16,234 nt of DNA, from positions 1 to 16,234 of the forward strand of contig NW_021825247.1 in the NCBI RefSeq assembly GCF_006345805.1, in the 5' to 3' direction. Positions 1 to 8,267 of the stretch are shown here, one piece after another. Position numbers and translations under genes: made by a program. The stretch is from Octopus sinensis (Eukaryota). A model generated the notes under the pieces. It worked only from the letters and a program-made list of their open reading frames with translations. It made no database searches and was not told the origin of the DNA. Numbering within the stretch: the stretch's first letter is position 1; each line of letters starts with the position of its first letter.

Positions 1-17
1 GCCTATATATATATATA

Positions 18-618
18 TTTTTTTTTCTAGTTTCAGCTCAGAGCTGTGGCCATGTTGATGCACCGCCGTTTTGTGCTACACTGTTATTACGACGACCTCG
101 TCTAATATGTGGCACTTGGTGAAGAAGGAGTTTGATACAGCTACTCTCATTTGCACCTCTTGCCGTGAGGTAGGTTCATCTGGGACTCTTGACAGGAAGA
201 TGTCCAGCTTTGATTTAAAAACCGCTACATCTACTTTGTGCATTTCCTCAGACTCTTTGGGAGAATATTAAAAAGCTGTGGGGCCCTGAAACCCAGGTTG
301 TTGCAGAGCTGGTCCTGAAGCGTGATGGCATTGCTGGGATCTTTGGCACTATGCAGTGTCGTCCTGTTCTAGCATTGTGTAGCTTACAATGCCAAAATTG
401 GGCACAATTCCTTCCAGGATCTTCCAGACATATATCACTGCATACCTCTCCCGTCTTCTCTCCAGGGAGTAGAGTCTTAGCTGTTTCAACCTTCCCAGTA
501 GCTGGCTGTTGCAAGAGACGATCTTCTTTGTGAATCTTCTCTGGATTGCTTCAAGGTCCACTGTTAATTTTACATGGTGGGTGACCATAGCTGTGAGTAA
601 TCCATGATAGATCACTAG
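18..618 (-). mobile_element. 5'-truncated, frameshifted LINE (CR1/L2 group) ORF2 C-terminus plus 3' UTR and poly(A)
   Basis: Minus-strand frames give SQLWSP, DLEAIQRRFTKKI, LYSLERRRERYAVIYVWKILEGIVPN, GRHCIVP, GFRAPQLFNILPKSLR and FKSKLDIFLSRVPDEP. These are typical post-RT motifs of CR1/L2-group ORF2, broken by frameshifts. The element ends in CTGAAACTAG followed by A9 (27-18). Confidence 0.85.
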
Positions 619-630
619 CTACTACACACA

Positions 631-778
631 TTTTTTTTTTCTCCTTGTTTCTTTCTGTAGAAGAGCATAGGCTCGAAACATTAAAGACTTTTTCAATTCC
701 CGAGCATTATACTTAATACATCTGTTTGTTTTCTACGCCACCTGTCTTTGTCTTTTGTTTTTTGTAAATTCTCCCTAT
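631..778 (+). mobile_element. Penelope-like element terminal (pLTR-like) fragment
   Basis: Contains CTGTAGAAGAGCATAGGCTCGAAACATT, matching the CTGANGAAG...CGAAACGT signature of Penelope-like element ends, followed by a T-rich tail. Family assignment is from motif recognition only. Confidence 0.5.
650..687 (+). ncRNA. Degenerate minimal type-I hammerhead ribozyme motif (probably inactive)
   Basis: Stem I TCTTT(650-654)/AAAGA(683-687); core CTGtAGA (655-661) plus an extra A; stem II GAGC-atag-GCTC (663-674); GAAA (675-678); CaTT (679-682). Two deviations from the consensus CUGANGA...GAAA-CGUH. Confidence 0.45.
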
Positions 779-810
779 GTATATATGTATATATATATAT
801 AGTAGACACT

Positions 811-938
811 TGGTTTTGGGGACTGAAAATGTACCTGAGTCTTAAATGAATAGTAGTTTAAAATTTTTATAATAAATTTATTAAGATACCATATCATTCG
901 TATTAAGACTCAGATGCATTTTCAACACCCAAAAACCA
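811..938. repeat. Imperfect inverted repeat (MITE-like / hairpin)
   Basis: 811-845 versus the reverse complement of 903-938 match at 30 of 36 aligned columns. No clear target-site duplication. Confidence 0.8.
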
Positions 939-1282
939 GCTCATCTGTTTCTTGTATGGAAATAAACCTATTTTCTCCATTTCTCCATATACATACACCC
1001 ATACATGCATACATACATATTCTGTTTGCAAAATAGATTCTAGGAATTATACACCACACCTGGGGTGGTTGTGGTTGGTCTTGATAGGATGTAAGAAGAA
1101 TTCTTGGGTATTTAAACCAAGAACAGCAATGTCAGGCATTGAGAATTGGTAAATTGGTCCCAAATAATTAGTCCATTATTAGAAGAGTTTCTGTGAGATG
1201 GCTTTGACTTGTCACGGATGTAGAAACTCATCCATTACTTAAGGACAACTTCAATGATGGAATGCCTCTCCAGTTTACTGCA

Positions 1283-1660
1283 GCCTCCTTCTCTCCTCTT
1301 CTCCCTCTTGCACTCTTACTTTCTCACTCTTGCTCTGATTCTTTCTCTCTCTCCTCTCCTCTATCATCACACACAGATGCGTACCCACATGTGCATACAT
1401 AAATAAACACATACATGCACATGCACACACACAGACATCTGTATATACATACACAATTACATATATATATATATATATATATAGTGCACATATGCATGCA
1501 CACATACATATACATACATATATCAATATATATATACAAACATATATATGCACACACTTACACAGATTATTTCTCAACATGCACACTGACACATACACAA
1601 ATACACTCACACACACACAGACAATTCATACTTCCTCTAAGACACACACAGATACATTTA
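1283..1660. repeat. CT-rich tract followed by compound (CA)/(TA)/(CATA) microsatellite
   Basis: Direct reading; explains ORFs 1275-1616, 1324-1557, 1415-1696 and 1492-1701. Confidence 0.9.
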
Positions 1661-1871
1661 CCGATGTCATGTTTTACTTTGGCGCCAGGTCTATAGGTTA
1701 ATAAAACAGTGATGATTTGGTGAGATTCTTCATCAAATTCTTCCAATTCAATCCAGGATTGGAAATGTCAGACAATCCATGATGACAAATTGAAGAATAT
1801 TCCATAGCTACAAGAAATTACCAAAATCTTTATCTCAGAGTCTCACTAGAACTCTGGCAGCTCTTGAGATT

Positions 1872-2113
1872 TATATGTTTGTTTGTATGTATGTATGTAT
1901 GTATGTATGTATGTATGTATGTATGTATGTATGTATGTATGTATGTATGTATGTTATGTTTGTATGTATGTATGTATGTATGTATGTATGTATGTGTGTA
2001 TGTATGTATGTATGTGTGTATGTATGTATGTATTATGTATGTGTGTGTGTATGTGTGTATGTGTGTATGTGTGTGTTTGTATGTATGTATGTATGTATGT
2101 ATGTATGTATGTA

Positions 2114-2144
<31 letters not shown>

Positions 2145-2640
2145 ATGTATGTATGTATGTGTGTGTGTATGTATGTATGTAATGTATGTATGTATGTATG
2201 TGTGTATGTATGTATGTATGTATGTATGTGTGTGTGTGTATGTATGTGTGTATGTGTGTGTGTATGTATGTATGTATGTATGTGTGTGTAGGTATGTATG
2301 TATGTATGTATGTGTGTGTATGTATGTGTGTATATATGTATGTGTGTGTGTATGTGTGTGTGTATGTGTGTAGGTGTGTATGTGTGTGTATGTATGTATG
2401 TATGTATGTATGTATGTATGTATGTGCGGATGGATGGATGAATGGATGGGTAGATGTGTATGTATGCATGTATGTAGGTCTGTTTGTGTGTATGTATGAA
2501 CATGTGCATATATATGTATGTATGTTAATTGGTATGTCTGCATTTATGTGCATATGTATCTTTGATATGTACATGTATATGTTTGTATATACATTTGTCC
2601 TGCTTTCATGTATGTATGTGTATATATTTATATATAGATG
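1872..2640. repeat. Compound (TATG)n/(TG)n microsatellite, degenerate after ~2430
   Basis: Direct reading; explains all MYVC/HTYI ORFs between 1830 and 2735. Confidence 0.97.
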
Positions 2641-2654
2641 CATTTGAGTATGTA

Positions 2655-2780
2655 TATAGTCTTAGCCCCAGGTTATCATTTAACAATAAGACTTATTGTC
2701 AAATATGTTCCACTCATGACCATCCCATCTTATAAAAAGACATGGCATGTCTAAGACTACAGTATCCAATGTTCTTCCAT
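2655..2780 (-). repeat. Old unclassified interspersed repeat fragment, related to 5975-6140
   Basis: The reverse complement contains GGATGGTCATGAGTGGAAC versus GGATGGTTATGGTTGGAAC near 6113-6131 (16/19), with weaker similarity upstream. Confidence 0.4.
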
Positions 2781-2847
2781 GATGTTGTTTAGCCCAGGTC
2801 ATTGCTAAACCATTAGGCATTTGATCAGAAGTAGTCTGGCTATGGCT

Positions 2848-2950
2848 ATCAATACCAATCAATATCAATCAATACCAGTACCAATACCAATCAATACCAA
2901 TCAATACCAATCAGTAACAATCAGTCAGTCAGTCTGCCTGCCTGTCTGTC
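2848..2950. repeat. Short tandem repeat (AATACCAATC)n grading into (CAGT)/(CTGC)/(CTGT)
   Basis: Direct reading. Confidence 0.8.
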
Positions 2951-2962
2951 TTGATATATATA

Positions 2963-3353
2963 TCAAGACCTGTTGAGAAGACCATTTGAGTCAAGTAAAA
3001 GCAAAATCATAGTTGTGGCCAGTGACCCCTGGCTGGCCCCTGTGCCAGTGGCATGTAAAATGCACAATCCAAACGTGGTTGATTCCAGTGCCCCCTGAAT
3101 GGTTCTTGTGCTGGTGGCAAGCAAAAAGCACCCTCTGAGCATAACCGATCCCAGTGCCCCCTGACTGGCTTCCATGCTGGTGGCACATGGAATGCACCCA
3201 CAACACTCTCAGGTTGGCATTAGGAAGGGCATCCAGCAATAGAAACACAGTCAGATCTGATTGGAGTTCGGTGCAGCAGCTGGCTTCCCAGACCTCAGTC
3301 AAACTGTCCAACCCATGCCAGCATGGAAAGCGGATGTTAAACGATGATGATGA

Positions 3354-3357
<4 letters not shown>
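2963..3357 (+). mobile_element. Retroelement 3' end, type A (RTE-like 3' UTR) with (GAT)n tail
   Basis: Homologous to 7718-7995, 11222-11504 and 14342-14582. Ends CCATGCCAGCATGGAAAGCGGATGTTAAAC(GAT)4. Three 66-bp internal units start at 3019, 3085 and 3151. The dispersed-repeat status is certain; the RTE assignment is inferred from tail type. Confidence 0.8.
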
Positions 3358-3404
<47 letters not shown>

Positions 3405-3486
3405 TCACATAGATAGATAGATAAAGATATACAATACATACATATCTATACATATATATCACCATCATCATCAATTATATATATAT

Positions 3487-3699
3487 GGCGCAGGAGTGGC
3501 TGTGTGGTAAGTAGCTTGTTTACCACCCACATGGTTCCGGGGGGTTCAGTCCCACTGCGTGGCACCTTAGACAAGTGTCTTCTACTATAGCCTCGGGGCC
3601 AACCAAAGCCTCGTGAGTGGATTTGGTAGATAAACGGAAACTGAAAGAAGAACGTCGTATATATGTATATATATAATAAAATATATATATATATATATA

Positions 3700-3730
<31 letters not shown>

Positions 3731-3950
3731 GCCTGGTGTGTTTGTGTGTCTGTGTTTGTCCCCCATGCATGTTTGACAACCGATCTGGTGTGTTTATGTC
3801 CCCGTTACTTAGCGGTTCGGCAAAAGAGACCGATAGAATAAGTACTGGCCTTACAAAAGAATAAGTCCCGGAGTCGAGTTGCTCGATTAAAGCGGTGCTC
3901 CAGCATGGCCGCAGTAAAATGACTGAAACAAGTAAAAGAGTAAAAAGAGT
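3487..3950 (+). mobile_element. tRNA-derived SINE, family I, full length
   Basis: Starts GGCGCAGGAG; A-box-like TGGCTGTGTGG (3497-3507) and B-box-like GGTTCAGTCCC (3543-3553); internal (TA)n; A-rich tail AAGTAAAAGAG. A second copy lies inverted at 6161-6581. Confidence 0.92.
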
Positions 3951-4030
3951 ATATAGGTATATATGTGGGTGTGAGGGTATGTGTGTTGTGCATGTTCGTT
4001 AGTCTGTGTGTACGTAAGTGTACGTTGCGC

Positions 4031-4062
<32 letters not shown>

Positions 4063-4184
4063 CTGTCTGTCTGCATCACATATTTGTATTTTGTGCATAC
4101 AAAACCCACAGACACCCCGACACAATTGTAAGAAGTGAAAGGGTAGAAATCCCAAGAAAATTATATACACCATTGCCACCAGCA

Positions 4185-4216
4185 GCACAACAACAACAAC
4201 AAACAACAACAACAAC

Positions 4217-4251
<35 letters not shown>

Positions 4252-4605
4252 CTGAAGGAAACTAAAAACAAAAGGACAGAAATGTACGACATAATTAGAA
4301 TAAAAGGTAAAAGAGAAAAGAAACAACAAGAAGGAAATAGTTGAGGTGGTGGTGGTGGTGGTGGTGGTGGTGGTGGTGGTGGTGGGGTGGGGTGGTGGTG
4401 GTGATGGTGGTCCAAGGTAAATTATACGAGAGAGAATGGGGTGGAGGGAATGAACTCTGCAGGTAAGAGATGAATGGGTAGAAGGGTGTATGAGCTGGTG
4501 GGGAGGGGGTGTAGCAGTGTTAGAATCGGTGGTGGTGATGGGAGTAGTAACAGTGTCGGTGGTGGTGGTGGTGGTGGTGGTGGTGGTGGTGGTGGTGGTG
4601 GTGAT
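4185..4605. repeat. (CAA)n and (GGT)n trinucleotide tracts
   Basis: (CAA)n ~4185-4250, (GGT)n ~4345-4410 and ~4525-4605. Confidence 0.92.
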
Positions 4606-4760
4606 GGAGTAGGGAGGGGTCCAGTTTGTACATAACAAAGTTGTGATGACATGTTGTCTAATTGCCCGTTATTCAGTCTTCAATTAATCAGCCATCATTA
4701 TATCATACTCATTGTGTCATCAGCTTTCTGGTAGTAGTGGTGGTGGTGGCGATAGTGGAG

Positions 4761-5659
4761 GTGGTTATGTGGTGGGATGGTGGTGGTGGTGGTGGTGTTA
4801 GTGGTTATGTGGTGGGATGGTGGTGGTGGTGGTGGTGTTAGTGGTTATGTGGTGGGATAGTGGTGGTGGTGGTGTTAGTGGTTATGTGGTGGGATGCTGT
4901 TGGTGGTGGTGGTGTTAGTGGTTATGTGGTAGGATGGTGGTGGTGGTGTTGTTAGTGGTTATGTGGTGGGATGGTGGTGGTGGTGGTGTTAGTGGTTATG
5001 TGGTGGGATGCTGTTGATGGTGGTGGTGTTAGTGGTTATGTGGTGGGATAGTGGTGGTGGTGGTGGTATTAGTGGTTATGTGGTGGGATAGTGGTGGTGG
5101 TGGTGTTAGTGGTTATGTGGTGGGATAGTGGTGGTAGTGGTGGTGTTAGTGGTTATGTGGTGGGATAGTGGTAGTGGTGGTGTTAGTGTTTATGTGGTGG
5201 GATGTGGTGGTGGTGGTGTTAGTGGTTATGTGGTGGTAGTGGTGGTAGTGGTGGTGTTAGTGGTTATGTGGTGGGATAGTGGTGGTGGTGGTGTTAGTGG
5301 TTATGTGGTGGGATAGTGGTGGTGGTGTTAGTGGTTATGTGGTGGGATAGTGGTGGTAGTGGTGGTGTTAGTGGTTATGTGGTGGGATAGTGGTGGTGGT
5401 GGTGTTAGTGGTTATGTGGTGGGATAGTGGTGGTGGTGGTGGTGTTAGTGGTTATGTGGTGGGATAGTGGTGGTAGTGGTGGTGTTAGTGGTTATGTGGT
5501 GGGATAGTGGTGGTGGTGGTGTTAGTGGTTATGTGGTGGGATAGTGGTGGTGGTGGTGGTGTTAGTGGTTATGTGGTGGGATAGTGGTGGTGGTGGTGGT
5601 GTTAGTGGTTATGTGGTGGGATAGTGGTGGTGGTGGTGTTAGTGGTTATGTGGTGGGAT
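4761..5659. repeat. G-rich minisatellite, ~24 units of mostly 37 or 40 bp
   Basis: The core GTTAGTGGTTATGTGGTGGGAT recurs 23 times plus one partial copy, separated by variable (GGT)n. Only two C residues on the + strand across ~900 nt. Confidence 0.97.
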
Positions 5660-5759
5660 GGTGGTGGTGGTGGTGGTGGTGGTGGTGTTGGTTGTGGTGA
5701 TGGTGGTTGTCATTGGAGGGAATCTTTTGCTTCGTTTGTATATCAAGCATCTTCATGCA

Positions 5760-5872
5760 GCACTGTCATCACCACCAGTTTATCCATCATCATCATCATC
5801 ATCTTCATCATCATCATCTTCATCATCACCATCATCAACATCATCCTAATCCTGATCGTGATCATCATCACT
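5760..5872. repeat. (CAT)n/(CAC)n microsatellite
   Basis: Direct reading. Confidence 0.9.
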
Positions 5873-5974
5873 TCACGGCAAATACATGAAGTCATCATTT
5901 GAGACCCAGAATATCTTCTGCTGGGTATTGAACTCAACACTACAAGCAACCAAAGGAACACTCATCGGTTTCAC

Positions 5975-6140
5975 AGCACAACTGTTGCTAGAAATAACAG
6001 CTAAATATCCTCCTGAACACCCACCCCCAACCAAAAATCATACCCTACCATTTTAAGTGAGCAAGAGGGATACAGTAAATAATAAAGTCCAGCATGTACC
6101 ACTGAAAAGGTAGGATGGTTATGGTTGGAACGCTCCTTGT
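5975..6140 (+). repeat. Old unclassified interspersed repeat fragment, related to 2655-2780
   Basis: Short shared block GGATGGT(T/C)ATG..TGGAAC; boundaries approximate. Confidence 0.4.
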
Positions 6141-6160
6141 TTTGTCATTGCCCAACAGTT

Positions 6161-6386
6161 ACTCTTTTCTCTTTTACTTGTTTCAGTCATTTGACTGCGG
6201 CCATGCTGGAGCATCGCCTGTAGTCGAGCAAATCAACCCCGGGACTTATTCTTTGTAAGCCCAGTACTTATTCTATCGGTCTCTTTTGCTGAACCGCTAG
6301 GTGGTGGGGACGTAAATACACCTGCATCGGTTGTCAAGCAATGCTAGGGGGACAAACACAGACACACAAACATATACACACACACT

Positions 6387-6418
<32 letters not shown>

Positions 6419-6581
6419 CGACAGGCTTCTTTCAATTTCCTTCTACCAAATCCACTCACAAGGCATTGGTCGGCCCGGGGCTATAGCAGAAGACACTTGC
6501 CCAAGATGCCACGCAGTGGGACTGAACCTGGAACCATGTGGTTGGTTAGCAAGCTACTTACCACACAGCCACTCCTGCGCC
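6161..6581 (-). mobile_element. tRNA-derived SINE, family I, full length
   Basis: Colinear with the reverse complement of 3487-3950 from the GGCGCAGG head to the AAGTAAAAGAG tail, including the central TA/CA microsatellite. Confidence 0.92.
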
Positions 6582-6637
6582 TGAATGAGTTGTGAATGAG
6601 AGTCATACAAGCGATATAATTCATTTACAATTTTTTG

Positions 6638-6786
6638 TGAAGACATGTCCAGTTTTGGAGAAATATTAATTTGCTTTGAAACAGATGATGGTTGGTGAGA
6701 GGAAGGGCATCAGGCCACAGAAAATCTGCCCCGACAAAGTCCATCCGACTCAGGTAAGCAAGAACAAGACAATGATGATGATGATG
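6638..6786 (+). mobile_element. Retroelement 3' end, type B (RTE-like) with (GAT)n tail
   Basis: Homologous to 10081-10200. Shares GGTTGG..AGGAAGGGCATC with the type A tails and ends in (GAT)n at ~6773-6786. Confidence 0.7.
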
Positions 6787-6797
6787 TTAAGTGCTAA

Positions 6798-7311
6798 TCT
6801 ATATATATAAAACTGTAGTTGTGTGAGTGTCTGTCTCCTACGATTTAGATTCCTAACTCCTCCCACATTTTGCGGTGCAGTTTAACCAAAAGCGGGTATC
6901 TTATAGTCGTGATTCATATCGAGCCCGTCTGGGTATTAGCGCGCGTCTACGATGAGTCTACGATTTTAAAAATAATTTACCATCGTTTTTTTATTCCATT
7001 TTAATGCATAATTTTTCGTGTGTCGATGGCGGCGGAGTTGGCGTCCATGGTCACACCTGCACCTGTTTGCTTCTCCCCCTTCTTCCCTCCCTCGTGAAGC
7101 TGTGGGGAAGGGAGTGTAAGGAAATCAACATCGTAAAGCGTTGTCAAGGAGACCAGCGTTCTTTTAGAACAACGACTTCATGGCTTGAAGACACCAAAAC
7201 AGAAATGGCTAAGAAAGCCCGAATTGGCATCTATAAGGGAAGTAACTCTCTAAAAATGCTTATATAGTTATTTCCCTTACAAACCCGAGCAACGCCGGGC
7301 GATACTGCTAG
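6798..7311 (+). mobile_element. Non-autonomous Helitron, copy 1 (514 bp)
   Basis: A|TC 5' end at 6797/6798; GC hairpin CCCG(A)GC-AAC-GCCGGG at 7284-7299; CTAG 3' end at 7308-7311; no TSD. Confidence 0.9.
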
Positions 7312-7610
7312 TCTTTATATATAAAAGTGAAGTTGTGTGTCTGTCTCCTACGATTTAGATTCCTAACTACTCCCACATTTTGTGGTGCAGTTTAACCAAA
7401 AGCGGGTATCTTATAGTCGTGATTCATATCGAGCCCTTCTGAGTATTAGTGTGCGTCTACGATGAGTCTACGATTTAAAAAAAAATTACCATAATTTTTT
7501 CCCATTTTTAATGCATTTTTTTGGCTATTATATAAGGGAAGTAACTCTCTAAAAATGCTTATATAGTTATTTCCCTTACAAACCCGAGCAACGCCGGGCG
7601 ATACTGCTAC
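7312..7610 (+). mobile_element. Non-autonomous Helitron, copy 2 (299 bp), head-to-tail with copy 1
   Basis: Starts TC immediately after the CTAG of copy 1. Same hairpin at 7583-7598; ends CTAC|T (decayed CTAG). Confidence 0.9.
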
Positions 7611-7717
7611 TATATTATACACAGGAAACTAAAAGATTCTGTTAAAGGTTTCAGCCACAGGGTATGGCCATACTAGGGCAGTGCCAAATTATTTAGTTAT
7701 GCTAGTTATGCCTGTAG

Positions 7718-7995
7718 TCATCATCATCATCATCGTCATTTAACGTCCGCTTTCCATGCTAGCATGGGTTGGACGGTTTGACTGTGGGCTGGTGAACCAG
7801 ATGGCTACACCAGGCTCCAATCTTGATCTGGCAGAGTTTCTACAGCTGGATGCCCTTCCTAACGCCAACCACTCCGAGAGTGTAGTGGGTGCTTTTATGT
7901 GCCACCAGCACGGGGGCCAGTCAGGCGGTACTGGCAACGACCTCACTCGAATCTTTTACACATGCCAACGGCACAGATGCCAATAAGGCAATGCT
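7718..7995 (-). mobile_element. Retroelement 3' end, type A (RTE-like)
   Basis: (CAT)n tail at the left end; colinear with the reverse complement of 3009-3357 and 11222-11504, and with 14342-14582. Confidence 0.8.
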
Positions 7996-8267
7996 GAATC
8001 CATATCTTAATGATAAATTCTGGTCAAAAAAGGTAAGGGAGACAATTAAATTCAAATTAATCAAATAAAGTTAATGAAACAAGATGCAGTGAAGTGGAGG
8101 GAGAGAGAGTAAGCTAGAGTTTTAGTTAAATACAGAGAGATCTTCATTTAAAATTGAGTTAATTGTTAGCATAAGAATGATTTTTTAATCATGATCAGTG
8201 TAATTTCTAATTAATTAAAATTACTTGGTTTCAATACATTAACTATATCAACAGTCACAGGAAGCAG

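Noticed and set aside
1190-1280. Protein-like frame DVETHPLLKDNFNDGMPLQFTAA (+)
   Set aside because: Stop at 1205-1207, no usable acceptor or donor, and no recognisable homology.
1655-1810. Minus-strand segment between a good acceptor (TTTCTTGTAG) and donor (CG|GTAAAT)
   Set aside because: All three frames contain stops; it cannot be supported as a coding exon, although a non-coding exon is not excluded.
1830-2647. Long ORFs up to 237 aa (HTYI/MYVC repeats)
   Set aside because: Translations of a (TATG)/(TG) microsatellite that lacks stops in several frames; open on both strands.
3487-3560. tRNA genes at SINE heads (also 10367-10448)
   Set aside because: Only A/B-box-like motifs; no complete cloverleaf, and each continues into SINE body and tail.
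4455-4468. Consensus donor CAG|GTAAGA
   Set aside because: No upstream acceptor or pyrimidine tract; embedded in GGT repeats.
3805-4652. 277-aa and overlapping ORFs with poly-Thr/Pro/Cys/Val
   Set aside because: They run through a SINE tail and trinucleotide tracts; there is no domain-like sequence.
4761-5659. Gly/Val/Tyr-rich structural-protein repeat, CRISPR array or telomeric repeat
   Set aside because: Unit lengths of 3n+1 shift the frame every unit and introduce TAG stops. The spacers are just (GGT)n, not unique sequences. There are no TTAGGG or TTAGG arrays.
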